Source of the DNA: Amoebophrya sp. A120
Taxonomy: Eukaryota > Protista > Dinoflagellata
Direction: 5' to 3'
Assembly: GCA_905178155.1 (NCBI GenBank)
Contig: CAJINV010000001.1
Location: 8,817,642 to 8,881,641 of the forward strand
DNA length: 64,000 nt
The notes under the pieces were generated by a model, which saw only the letters and a list, made by a program, of their open reading frames with translations, searched no databases and was not told the origin of the DNA. A program made the translations under genes and the position numbers. Every line of letters starts with the position of its first letter. The stretch's first letter is position 1. Shown here piece by piece: positions 24,943 to 38,300 of this stretch.

Positions 24943-27365
24943 ATGTTGCACAGCCGAGCATCACTATTACTTCTGCTCGGGTCGCTGGCAAGCTCCGCGG
25001 CGGTCGCGAAAGCAAAAGCATCCAGAAGGGATGAAGATATTTTACACCACGACGCTCGCGACAACGCGGCAACTTTGTCCTCCGCTTCTTCCACTACATC
25101 CCAACCAGAGACCTCCACATCGCCAGTGCAGGACGCGGAAACACCACCAGCAGCAGAAGCCGTCGATGGTGAAGCTGGGACCCGGGCCAGCACATCCGAC
25201 GTCGAAATTCACGTCGAGCAGATGCATGAGAGCAACATAGAAGAAAACGAATGGCTTCTCAACAGTGGCAGCGACTATGAAGTAGATAACGAAATTTCTG
25301 CACATCAGGAGGTAAAGCGAGAACACGCTGCCACGAGTTGGGAGAGAGTCACCGCGAAAAATCAGAGTGAAGAGGAGCAAAGTAGTGTTGAAATGCTGCA
25401 AACAACTACCACCTCGACTTCTGAAGTCGTACCCTCAAGAAGTACAGAACCGAATCACGAGGACGGCGAGGCACCAGACGCAGCCCCAGCACCTGTTGCA
25501 GAAAAGAAGAATTTCCAAATTGACCCGTCGCAAACTGAATATCACGTATTAATCCATAGAGCTGAGTACCTAGCTACTGTTACCACAGCAAGCGTTCTTT
25601 TGACTACAATAAGCCACGAGTTTCGTTTCTAGAAGTACTGTGACCCCCGCGCCCGACGTACTTAGTTTAGGACGAGTCGGAGCCCTGCTTTTCAACCCAC
25701 AATTTGCTTTCACTTCAGGTTTGCCGACTGTTTTGCGAGCGACCTGTTCAGTATGCCTCTGTGGAGCGGTTTTGCGACGAAGTCGTGAACGGGGAGATCG
25801 TCAACATGATGCCGATGAATGAACACGTGCACCTACTGAAGACGCTCCAGGAACTCGGCCTCGATTTGCAGGAGCTGGGTCCGCAACTGCGTCGCAAGAC
25901 ACTGGGGCTTTTCTACGTCAGGCGAAGATACCACGACCGAGAAACGGGCAAGGTACGCCAGATGAAAGGCTGTTGCGTGATCGCGGTCGTTCATGTGTCT
26001 GTTTATGGGGTTGCTTTCGTTTCAAGTTTGTTACCTCTAGAAAATCAAAAATACAAACCAACAACGATTCATCATCATGTTGGCATTTTTAACAGGTGAC
26101 TGAAGGGGACACTTTCGAGCTCGTTGAATTTCACGAGCGCCCGAAAGGCTACAAGCGTGAGCGCCAGAACGAGACGGCGCTGAAACAGTTTTTGCGACCG
26201 TATGTGGAGCAAATCCGGGAATTTCTCGCGGACCTGGGGGTATTCCGGGGAATGGAGCAGACCAGAAGCGCGATCAATGCGGCTTCCGCCTTTGCAAAAG
26301 CCAAAGCAGCCAATTTTCTGGCTGCGAGCCACCTGGACGTGTACGCAAAGAGCGCATACCACGAACTGGCAAGAGTGTTCCCAGTGGATCATATTCTAGA
26401 TCTGGCAAAGACCTTCCGACGTGCTGGCGTTACGGATGAGGCAACAAGCAGAAATTATGCAGAAATTAAAGTAAATGAAGAGGAATTTGGTGCCAGTGGT
26501 GAATTAGCAGCGGAAGTACAATCGTCCTCTAGTGCGGCAGAACCCAGCAGCGCAAAAAGTGATGAACAAGAATCTTCGATATCTACATCTACTCTGACGA
26601 GCGCCGGTCAGCTGCACCAAAATGCAGAAGAAAAGGACTCCGAGTTGTCAACGACTCTAGAACCTTCGTCGTCCATGTCCGAGACCGAAACTTTTCAATC
26701 CGTTCTGTACGTCTTCAACGATTACTCGGACGACGAGCGCGCAGAGACGGCGCAGGAAGCACAGCACCAAAAAAGCCATGCTGCTTCTGAAGAGGACAAG
26801 GAGCACGAGCACCAGAGGAAAGATAAAACGCAGCCGCGCCAGGAGCTGCCCTCTATCTGTGCGGAGCAGTGCGTCGATTATCCGTTTTACCCGAAACACA
26901 ATCACATCACGTTCGAGGATATCAAGTGCAAAAGTGTCTGGGTCTGGATCTGGAAGGGTGTAACCTGTGATGCGCATTTCAGAACAAACAAAAATCTCTC
27001 ATGCATAGGTAGCAAAAGCTGCTCACTTTCTGTCACCAAAATGGGGGACTTGTCATGCGGGTTCGGTATTGCGGAAGCTTCCGGAAACCTGTGATGCTAG
27101 AGCTTCCATGCCAGACCTTCTGTGTCATGCAGAAACAGCATGACTCTTCCAGACCCAGACATTTTTGCATTTGATAGAGGACAGCGCCGCAAGCTTCGAA
27201 GAGTACACCGCGTCCCACTCGCTAAGCTCGGATCGAGAGGCGAATCTGGAGAAAAGATTGCTCGCGAACGAGTTTTGCAAAGGCAGCTTTCTACGGACTT
27301 GGGAGGAACAGATGTCGGATCCCACGACGTACATGATGATGTGGCTGCCATTCTTCTTCGCGTGA
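24943..27365 (+). CDS. Hypothetical secreted protein (multi-exon)
   Basis: Signal-peptide-like start MLHSRASLLLLLGSLASSAAVAKA. ORFs 24943, 25704, 26096 and 27165; the last two join in frame (TFED|SAASFEEY) after removing element 26920-27176 plus one TSD. Confidence 0.55.
26920..27176. mobile_element. TIR introner-like element (family A), TSD GAGGA
   Basis: TATCAAGTGCAAAAGTGTCTGGGTCTGGA ... TTCCAGACCCAGACATTTTTGCATTTGATA; same subfamily as 41313-41562. Confidence 0.92.
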
Positions 27366-27639
27366 AGGTGATCAACTCATTATGGACTCACGACCGTACG
27401 CACTTGCGAACAATATCCTACGTTTTCAGAAAAGCAAACGAGAAAAGATTCAAAATTGTGTCACCCATGGTCAATGAATATCTTTCTTTGAATGTGTTTC
27501 ATCACGATGAATGAATCGGATTCGGAGCAGAAGCGTTTGCGTTAAGTAAATCGCACATAGCTCGTCCCAATGGCCACACCCATTGTTTGTTTCGTTTTCT
27601 TTGTCAGGAGTGTCGAAGTCGAAGAGGAAAGTAAAGAAT

Positions 27640-29799
27640 AAAATCGCAAACAAGTTTGGTGAGAGCAGAGCGTTCTTGAAGAGTGACCCACCAGAGGACA
27701 ACCTTTACAAAGTTGTACAAAATGGGGCAGATGAGTTTTTCTTCGTTTTGTTGCTTTTCCTTTTTCCTTTTCACATTGATTCTCGGCGGTCACGAAGTAG
27801 ATGAGAGATGAAAATTTCCGGTTTCGAATTCGACATTTGCAAACACAGGTATAGCAGTTTGCGTTTCTCCATTCCGTTTTTTTCGAAGAAGTTTGAGCGG
27901 ACTGTTTCCAGTCTTTGATCTTCCTTCCCAGAGTTGTTGACTTGAACAGAAACCATGCCTGGAAGTGTCTACTCGGAGCGATCAACATCTTCACGGTCGG
28001 CAGCCTCTACGGCTTATTCGATCCAGAAAGCCAGACCGGTGCGGAAGACCGCCAGACACGACATTGTCAATGGTAATCTACTGGTTGTGCCCACTTGGGG
28101 CTTGAAGATTGATCAACGCTGTCTACTTCATGTTGATGCATGCATCGTAAATTATTGTGGAAGCCGTAGCTACTTGCTACTTGGTCCGTGTAAACAAATC
28201 TCAGGTAGTGTCATTCATAACCCGTACACGCCGGAAGTGATGGCGGCGCTTCGCATAACGTATTTGAAAACGTCCCCACCCCATAGTTGTACTGCAAATC
28301 TGCATGCTAGGAATGTTTCTCATGCGGAGCCCCATAACAAGCATCTTCTAGTCGTGTTTCGGAAACGGAATCTGTCATGCTCCAATCAGCATGATATACG
28401 AGATCTGTTATGCTGTAGTTGAGCTACCTTAAACATAAACAGCACTACACTACGAGTCCAAATTTGTCATGCCAAACATTCATAATTTGGGGACTTGTCT
28501 AGCGGATTACCCCATCTTGACTATGGGGTGGGGACGTTTTTACATAGGATATCGCAGTCGCGGTGGTCCTACGTGGCTTCGCGGCCACGTTGAGCACATG
28601 TCGGGCGTGGACGCGTAAGTTGTTGTCTTCAGTGATGCTTAGTGCATTTTTTGATATGGATTTGAATTTGTTCTTCAGTCACCAGTTACTCGCATACCAT
28701 AAGATGCGTGCCAAGGGTTGAATTTGTTCTTGAGCGGCATAAAGGCAAAGCGCAATCGGAATCGTCGGGGTCGTATGTAAGTAGTTCCTTTTCTTCACAA
28801 AAAATCACTAACGCCAGATGAAACCAAAATCAAAACCAAAACGCAGTTTGGGCTATAATCACGGACTGTATGCGGCGGTGAAAAATCTGGGCAATTTCGA
28901 GGTAAATTTCAACCAGCTGTTCGGGCTCTCCGCAGCGGAAGCCGACCTAAACAAAACGTTGATCAACCGGCTCACGTTGGCGCTTGAGGCGGTGGCCGAA
29001 GATCGCCACGACGGGCAGGTAGTACAATCTAGAGCTTGTTGTCGGACGGGTGGCTTCACTGTTTGTGCTTTCCTGTTTGATTTTTTCTGCACGGGAGGTG
29101 AAAGAATACAAAAATGAAAATGATGTTATGTCTCAATCATCAATTGCATTCTGTGCATCACGGCCAGTAAGTATGGTCGAGGAGCTCGAGGTCGAGAGAA
29201 ACTCGCCCACAATAAAGGAGCCGTCAATAAATCACTGCCAGGGTCGCGCCCTCGACATGCGATTATTCACGGAAGCTTGCCACCAATGCGGGCTGGGTCA
29301 TTTGCGGCCGCAGACGATGAAGAAGATGTTTAGCCGCATCGACGCCTCGCAGGACGGCTGGATGAGCTTTCGCGAGTGGCTCGCCTTGCTGGACTCGGCG
29401 CACCCGAAGACCTCGAACCGGCCATCGGTGAACCTCGACGCCCAGCAGGAGACGAAACAACAGATGATGTCCAGCACGGTCGCGAACAGCACGGGGCGAA
29501 CGAATCTCGTGGGCCTAACTGGTGGAGCAGACCCGAGAGCGGTCTCGCCAAACTATTCCGAAATCGAAGATGACGAGGAGATCATCGAAGAGGAGGAGGC
29601 TGCGGTCGTGCAGGACAGCAAACAAATGACAGGTAGTACGGTGCTCGCATCCTCGGCGAAGCACCTGCAGCCGTCGCGGGCCTCGAGCAAAAGCACTGCT
29701 GCGAGCCTGCGGGAAACCAACGGGTCTTCGAAGCTATCGTCCTCGTCCTCCAGTCCGACCTACGACCACGCGCCGATCGTTGTAACCGCGCCGCAATGA
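27640..29799 (+). CDS. EF-hand-containing hypothetical protein (multi-exon; 5' boundary approximate)
   Basis: MKKMFSRIDASQDGWMSFREWLALL is a canonical EF-hand loop (DxxxDGxxxxxE). An upstream exon reads AALRS|RGGPTWLRGHVEHMSG after removing element 28256-28551. Confidence 0.5.
28256..28551. mobile_element. TIR introner-like element (family C), TSD TCGCA
   Basis: TAACGTATTTGAAAACGTCCCCACCCCATAG ... CTATGGGGTGGGGACGTTTTTACATAGGATA. Confidence 0.88.
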
Positions 29800-30751
29800 A
29801 GATTTACGTTGCATATAGCTACAACATCATGTTTCCAAAATAAGTCTGCCGAAAATTTTGGTGTTTAGGTCATACGACCACGGTTTTTTTTGCTCGTCTT
29901 GCTATGATGTCGTTTCCTTGCAGGGCCTGTTTCGAGATAAGTAAAAATTCGTCGCTTTTTATTTATTACGACAAAAGTCTACTTACTTTTTTGGCCCTTT
30001 GCCGCTGTCGATGTACAATAAAGAAATCAAGTAAACAAACAAAATGGAAATCGACATCAATGCTCCTGGCTGGAAGGGCCGCAAGAAGAAATTGCTAAAA
30101 AATCCGACTCGAGATTTCATCGTTGGCGGTCTGGCACCAAGAAAAGGAAGCTCATGAGCACCATGATCATGCAGCATCCGATCGGCTGAACCTTTCGGAT
30201 TGGCTTTCTGTCTGCGCACGACCATGTTGTTGATGCTGCGCTCCACCTGCGGATTGATTGTATGCGATTGATTATCACCACAACCTCTTCCTGGCTTGAT
30301 CCAGCGGCTCTCGGTAAAAGAAATACTTTTTGGACTCGGTTTTTGCCGTCTCCCCTCTTGAGGGGAGATAAGTATTGCCGCCAGAATTCTGGTCGTGCAT
30401 CTTTTTGAGCGAAAAATTCTGAGAAGGAGTCCAATTAGTTCGTCAAAACTAGTAAAGTAAAGGCAATCGCATCACGTACATTGAGTCATATATCATTCAG
30501 TGAACATGTTGGCACAACAACATGCCCGGTAGTCTACTATATCGGCTTCATTTGCATTTTCTTTTTCAGTAATTATCATAATCATTCTTGAAGGCAGTAC
30601 AACTGCTACTAGTCCTTTTCCTTTATTACTTCTCTTTGACAAGCTCATCGCAAGTTCATCAGCTTGAACCGGTAAAAATTGTACTTGCAAAAATATTCAC
30701 CAATATCTAGCTTCAGATTCAGGTAAAGAAGTAAAAAAAACAAAGAAAAAG

Positions 30752-33700
30752 ATGGCGTGTTGCATCTCCCCGGGCAAAGCCCGCAAAGCAGAAGGCGAAG
30801 CTGTGGTTCCGCCGGTAGAAAGTGGCGGGAGCGTGTGGGCGGACAAAATTTCCAAGGAGCCCTACTGCCAGCCCCACCTACTTACTGATGGTGTCGATGC
30901 AGAGAAGCTCGGGGCACAGTTGGGGAAGCTGGACAAAGGTTGGAATGCTAAAAATTGTGATATTTGTGCCGTTGGTGTTGATCTTTATTCAGGTCTTCTG
31001 AAATGAAGCACAAGCAGAAAAATGACCCTCGCCATCGGTGGAGGATGACAGAGACAATCAACGCTCGTGCAAGCGCAGCATTTGCATTCCGCCAATAGTG
31101 TCGTGGCAAAATTTCGTTGATTCTTTTTTTCCGAAAACTATCGAAGAACACCAGAAAGAAAATCAAATTTCAGGTATTCCCGGCGGTCTGGCGGGGTACA
31201 TCGAACGTTCGAAAAAGTTGTTACACGAAGTGAAGAACGACGTAAACCCTCTGGCCGACTACACAGTCAGCCAAGCGACCGGCGTTAACCTGAGCGGCGA
31301 CGCCGGTCCCGGTTCGTTGCAGTTCGAAGAGTACGAAAAGCTTGGGATGCAGAAACTTGGCAAGCTCGGCTTCGTCCTGGTGGCCGGCGGCCTCGGGGAG
31401 CGTCTCGGCTACCCCGGCATCAAAGTGGAGCTACCCGTTGAGATGGCCACCGAGCTCTGCTTTCTGAACTTGTATTGCAAGTACGTTCTAGCGGCGCAGG
31501 CATACGCGAACGAGGGAAAAGCAGTACACTGTTGTTGTGCTTTTTCTCTATGATCAATGAGCTTGGACCCCTACCGATTATGGTTCGCGCCGGTGTTAAG
31601 AACAAATGAAACAAGGAAACTACTACACATCAACATCAGGACAAGGACAAAGTCGTGCTTCCGCTCTGCATCATGACGTCCGGGGACACGCACGACAAGA
31701 CGGTTGCACTACTCGAAAAGAACGGCAACTTCGGGTTGGCTGCCGACCAGCTGTTTCTGATGCAGCAAGACAAAGTTCCCGCGTTTTCCGGCGAGAAGTG
31801 CGAGTTCGTTCTTATCCCCCAGAAAAAGACCGACAGGTCATATTTGTAATGCAAAAATAAATAGACAAAAATAAAAAATCTGTATTGCATGCCCTAAACA
31901 GGATGTTATGGCCTCGCCCATGACAGATTTTCCTGTGTATTTATTTTTGCATTACAAATATGACCTGTCGGTCTTTTTCTGTGGGATAGTTCTCTCGGAC
32001 AGCAAGGACGGTATCGAGACCAAGCCCCACGTATGCAATGCAAAAATGTCTGGGTCTGGAAGATTCTGAGACTTGTCATGCACGGCTTGCATGAGCCATG
32101 ATGTCTGTGATGCATGCCCTAGCGTCACAGGTTTTCTGAGGGATTCTTGATGCCTATGTCGCATGACAAGTGCCTTCTCCGCGTAGCAAAAATTAGAATC
32201 CTTTTGCTGCTTATGCAACACAAATTTTTTACACATCCAAACGCAGCATCACAAGTTGCATTCTTCCAGACCCAGACATTTTTGCATTCGATACCACGGG
32301 CACGGGGACGTCCACACTCTGATGTACATGAAGGGCATTGCCAAAAAGTGGCTGAAGGACCTGGGGCTGGAGTACGTACTGTTCTTCCAAGACACAAACC
32401 CGCTCGCCTTTCGCGCACTTGCCAGTTGTCTGGGCGTGTCGGTATTGGATGGTGATGCAGAATCTCGTGGTCTTCACGACGTTATTTTGTTTCATACTGT
32501 CAATTATCGCATCATGTGGTCCAAGATCAAGGAGATTTTCTTTATGATTATGACAATGTAAAACTATACTCAAACGCAGGTAAAAAATGAGTTTGCGATG
32601 AACTCGCTTGCTGTTCCGAGAAAAGCCGGGGAAGCGGCTGGTGCCATTGTGCAGCTGGTGCGCAAGCCTGGCGCGGCGGACACGGGCATGCCGGCAAATT
32701 TGGTGATCATATCAAATGCAAATATGTCTGGGTCTGGAAGATTGCCTGGTTTGTCATGCTTGTCTAACATGACTCGGAACTCTGTCATGCGTAGGTGCAA
32801 AAAGATCGATGTGTCTGTGATGCAAAAGCGCAGTCTGCCATGACATGCGGAATACGCTACACATAGCAGCTCAAAAACTTGTCATGCTTGGCCATGTATG
32901 ACAGTGCGCCCAGTATTCCCTAGCTTGCATCACAAGTTTCCAGACCCCCATTTTGCATTTGATAGATCAACGTAGAATACAACCTCCTGGGCGGGCTGCT
33001 CGCGGACCAGGGCGGCGACTCCGCCATCAACGAGGCCAACGACTCGGCCTACCCGGGTAACTGCAACATTCTGCTGTTCCAGCTTGAAAAATACGTGGCC
33101 GCGCTCGAGAACTCCCAGGGGGTGATGCCCGAGTTTGTCAACCCGAAGTTTCAGGACAAGGAAAAAACAAAATTCAAGCCCACCCGGCTGGAGTGCCTCA
33201 TGCAGGACTTCCCGCGGCTTTTCGCCGACGCAAAGGTCGGGTTTACCAAGTACGACCGGTGGCTGTGCTTCACGTGCGTGAAAAACAACTTGGAGGACGC
33301 CAAGAAGAAGTCCGCCGCGCTGCAGCCGCCAGACTGCTGCTTTTCCTGCGAGTCGGACATCTACTACTGCACCAACAAGTTGCTAATCCTTGCCGGGAGG
33401 CCAGCAACGGAAAAAGTGGACGTACAGGACGTGGAGGAAGAGGTAAGTAAGTAGATAGATGATTTGCTCTGGGCGCGTCTTGGTCGCTCTCGATTGCGAT
33501 TCGTGTGGTAAACGCTTCTTTACGCCTGTAGCTTCAATAGAAGATGCTGAACAAATTTGCTCGCTTTTCAAAAATTGGACGCAGTGACATAAAGTGCTAC
33601 TTTGCTCTTCTGTTAAAGGATAGTACTTGTTCCCAACACACCAGATGACCTCCATCAGCGAAAAAACGGAATTTCTCGGGATAGAAAAAAACCTTCCCCC

Positions 33701-34040
33701 GGTCGCGGTGTTACTGCCAAGCTTCGCGTTGAGTCTCGCACAGTTGCGCGAACGCCTGAACAACAAGCCACTCAAAATCGACGCGGGCGGAATGCTTGTG
33801 GTGGAGGGCAATGTGAAGTTTAACGGCTTCACATTGGAAGGCGCCGTGGACCTCCGGTCACCGCTCGGCGCTCCTGCCACCGAAATACCGGCGGATGCGG
33901 TGGCAACGAACGCATCGGCAAAACTGGTCGCTATGGAAGAAAAAGACATGGACACCGATGTGAAGAAAATACGGGGGTACAGCCTGCTCAAAAACGACGT
34001 CTGGGATTTGAAAACGCTGGTTGAAAAAACCGCAAAATGA
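30752..34040 (+). CDS. USP: UDP-sugar pyrophosphorylase
   Basis: Motifs [100 protein letters not shown] and VKN. GT-AG introns 30939-31173, 31524-31639, 32442-32579 and 33443-33644, plus three TSD-flanked elements. Confidence 0.93.
31813..31988. mobile_element. TIR introner-like element (family B) in a USP exon, TSD GTTCT
   Basis: About 50-bp TIRs; removal gives CEFVL|[10 protein letters not shown]. Confidence 0.93.
32032..32293. mobile_element. TIR introner-like element (family A) splitting the USP KPHGHGDVH motif, TSD CCACG
   Basis: TATGCAATGCAAAAATGTCTGGGTCTGGAAG ... TTCCAGACCCAGACATTTTTGCATTCGATA. Confidence 0.95.
32710..32964. mobile_element. TIR introner-like element (family A) splitting the USP INVEYN motif, TSD GATCA
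   Basis: TATCAAATGCAAATATGTCTGGGTCTGGAAG ... TTCCAGACCCCCATTTTGCATTTGATA. Confidence 0.94.
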
Positions 34041-35329
34041 TCTACTCGCACCAGCGACCACCTGCTGAAATAGGAACTGGTTCTTGCGGTACTAGTCCTC
34101 ATGCCGCAATGGGCGCCGGGGGCAAAGCCTGTTTTGCTTCGGCCGAGCGGGATCGAAGACGTTTGCAGCAATTTTCCAAATCTTGTTCGCGGCAAGAGGG
34201 CACAGTATCCAAAAGGTCGAGCGCGTTTCACATTCTTGTAAAACCAAAGCAAAAACAAAAACAAGTGGCTCATATGCATTAACTTCAGATGCAGTTTTTA
34301 GTTTCATTGCGCAAGCACTATACACTTTTTCAAATCTTCCGAAAAGGACAAACAATGAGATGTCCACTGCAGTAGCAAACATTAACATTATCATTGATGT
34401 GAAAATCAAATTACCAACGAGTTTGGGAGCCTCATAAAATAGTGCAAAACAAGAGCAAATCTACGGCCTTGTCTTGCATTACAGCTGCAGCTGCTGACGA
34501 ACATGCGTTGTAATTGAGATACGGTCGTGATGGTAGCGTGTCGCTGAATGATCAAATGTAAATGATTTCGCGGCCGCACTCAGTCTACGACGTAATCGTA
34601 AATTAAGAAGAACAATAGTACACAGAGAGAAAGGATTCGACTGCAGCGTAAATGCAGAAAAGTCGACGACATCATCTGTGCGTGCGATCTGTGCCGATGA
34701 AGATCGAAGTTCGTTTACTTTGCGCAGTGTTCATCGAGCATTGGAACTAAGTTGCGGACCAAGGTCACCACGTGATGCACTGAGTCCATCATTCTACTGA
34801 TTCTGAATTGCAGCTGTGGCGTCGTAGCCGTGACTTCTTTTCGAAGTTTTTCTTTTTGCTGGGTGGGCGGGGCATCTTCATTTCCTTAGTTAGTTATACT
34901 TTTATTCGGAATATTCCGACGATCCAACACCAAAACACCCTTGTCGTGATTTGTCTTGTTTATTGTAAACAAAACAAAGAAGTCGAAAGAAACAAGTTGT
35001 AGCACCGTCGTCGTCGGGGAGTCGTTGAGTGATAGGGATTGACTGGGGATCATTTATCGTCGTCGAAAATAAATGCTGCGATCCATTGCCAAAAGAACCA
35101 TGTGTCGTGTTTCGAGATCGACGTACGAAGTTTTCGGACCTTTCTTTTGTCTTTTTCTGTCTTTCGTACATGAAAAAAACAGCCCCCGCTGAGAAACAAC
35201 TGATCATGGATACATATCAATTTTAGGAAACGCAGCAGGCTTGCGCTTGATGATCTTTTTTTGTTTAGATGTGAAGATGATACCTACTGGGGATTATAAC
35301 TGGGGTAAACAGAAAGCAGAATAATCAAT

Positions 35330-38300
35330 GATATCGCGGCGAGAAATTGGACTTTTTTGACAGACTTTCATCTTACTGTGGATCTCGACGAAAAAATGGC
35401 TCAGCTAAAACCCGTTGACGCAGAGCGGAAACAGAAGTTTCCATCTCTTTACGGCAAAGAAAGCGCCGCCGCTATCATAGAACGAAAGGAGCTGGAAAGT
35501 CTAGACGTATCAAATTGATGACAAGCGTTTAAGTTTTTTCTGCCTATTTTCTTCTAGTTGTCGTTCAGGTTTTGAGTTCGCTTGTTCTGATGTTTGAGAT
35601 GATTAGCCATTGATATCCTTGACTCTATCAGGTCGAACCGGGCCCAGGGGCTTATTTCGGCCCCGACTCGAGCGGATTCAACGCGTTGGGCAACCAGAGG
35701 TTTTCACGATGTAGGTCTGAGCCCTCCGTGAAATTCGCACAAACAGGCTGGCACGAATGGCGTGGGGTCTTTGTAACGAAGCAACACCGGCCGGCGAAGG
35801 CCGGTGACGACGTGCCGGGGGCAGGAACGTACTGAATTTTCCTTCATGTGTTGATGTTGTCTTCACCAGCCAGTCTCCGGCTCTGAAAGCAAGAGACAGG
35901 ATGAAAAATCGAGTTTATTTACGTCACGAACGGGAACCGGATCCGGAACATCAACATGTATGTGCTTGAGCATCTACAACATCATATAATTCACCTACCA
36001 TGTGATTGTCAACCGCTCGAGTACTACAACAACTCAATCGATTTTTCTTTCACTTTCAAGAATCACGTATCACGATAGGTATTTCGACAGCATCGACCAG
36101 TTGAGCACGATGAACGTAGAAAGCGGTGTCGAAATGCCGAAAGCGCAGCGATTTCCGAAAAAGGCATACTCAAGTGCGTCACCGGGCCCAGCGTACGACA
36201 TTCGAGGAAAGCATCAGAAAGACGTCACGACGATAACGAGGTACAGAGCAGTGTCTTCGCATTGCTTGTAATTGTATCATGTGAACGTAGGTGAGTTCAA
36301 TCATGTTCATGGAATTGCAGCAGTGGAATGGGATTATTAGGTCACAGACGTGCAACAAGTAGGGCGTCGTGCAAGTGCGCTCGGGGAAAGTAATCTGGTT
36401 TATCCGAAATGACTTAAATCTACCTCTACTTCAGGAAAAACAACGCCCAGAGATTCGGGAAGGCAGAGCGATTTGATATGAGCACAAAGAAGGACAGCAT
36501 ATCCGGGAATATCGGGCCAGGACAATACGATCGCAAGGACACTGCCATCAAGCTAGGTATACTCGTTGACACTCCACAGTTCTTGCAAATTCATCTCTAC
36601 CACCTTCTTCAATTACGCAAGTTCATTCTCTGACTTGACATCAGTGTCGCTTATCAGCGTTGCTTAGTGCGTCTTGCATATCGTTTCGCATCGACTCTCA
36701 AAAATGTTATTTGATGCATTCATTGCTAATATGATGTACAGACTACGCATCGGCAAAGTCATTTGGACTGGGGTTATGAACTGCAAAAGTGTCTGGGTCT
36801 GGAAGAATGCAACTTGTGATGCTGAATTTGGATTCCAAAAAAATCTGTATTGCACGAGTACCGAAAGGAATGTAATTTTTGCTACGCGGACAGGGCATTT
36901 GTCATGCGGAATAGGCATCGCGAAGCCCTCAAAAAATCTGTGATGCTAGGGCATGCATCACAGACATCATGGCCAATGCAAAACATGCATGACAAGTCTC
37001 AGAATCTTCCAGACCCAGACAGTTTTACATTTGATAGGGGTTCGAAGCATACCAGCGCGTGGTGTGTCCCGGGTGGGAGAAGGTGGGACTGGGTATTGTG
37101 AGGCAAAATCCCCCCTTCCCATATCGAAACGAAGTTTCTGATGCTGGATTTGCGTACACAAATCAGATTGGTCTTGCAGAAAGTGCTTGGCGGCATTTTC
37201 TAAGCCTGTCTTGGCATGCAGAAGGCTAGCAATTGCGCATGGCAAACAGGTTTGCAGTAGTCGAAAGCGCATGACAGACTTGCTCTGGAATGCGTCAAAT
37301 GGCTCCTATTGCCCTACATGCAAGACAAAGATGATTTGTGGCCGCAAATTAGCATCACAAATTATATCCGTTTTGATATGGGGAGGGGGGATTTTTCATT
37401 TTGATACAGGGAAAGGAATCCAAGGGACCAGGACCACCACTGTGGAGAGATCCGCTGAACGGTATGCCTTTTTACATAGTGTTGAACGTAAAGCAAGGCT
37501 GCTTATTATGCTGTGATGAATGAAATCAATGAATAGATAGAACCTGTTGGTAGTTGTACGTAGGAAATCTTTCGCGTTTCCCATGTAAAATAAAATGTAC
37601 CGAGCAAGGAACAATTATGACATACGCAAACAACAGCAAAAGACGTGAAGACGCACCTGATCCCCAAGGCTAACCGGTGGGGTCCGCGGAAAAAGAGCGA
37701 CGAGGTGCCCGGGCTATCAAATGCAAAAATGTCTGGGTCTGGAAGATTGCGAAATTTGTCATGCTTGTCTGGCATGACCAAAAAGTTTGTGATGCGTGCC
37801 CAAGAAGAGACGCTTTCGCCTGTCATGCAAAAACGCAGTTTGTCATGCGAAAAACGCAACAGAAAGTGAAAGAAGCGCGCATATTTCTCATGCTTGGCTG
37901 TGCATTACAGAGCATTCATCATTCCCAACGCAGCACTACAAGTTTCCAGACCCAGACATTTTTGCAATCCATACTGGCCTGGGATGTACGACCGCGGCGA
38001 GCAGGACTGCAGCAAAGTTACGCTGGAGGGCTGCAGCCTGGCCCAGGTGCCAAACCCAACCTCGATCAAGTTCGGCTATCAAATGTAAAAATGTCTGGGT
38101 CTGGAAGGGTCCAAGGTTTGTCATGCACATTTTGCATGACTCCTGATGTCTGTGATGCATGCCCTAGAATCACAGATTTTGTGAGGGCTTCCTGATGCCT
38201 ATACCGCATGACAAATGCTCTTTCCGTGTAGCAAAATTTGGACTCTCTTCGCTGCTCATGCAATACAGATTTTTTTAGAATCCAAATGCAGCATCACAAG

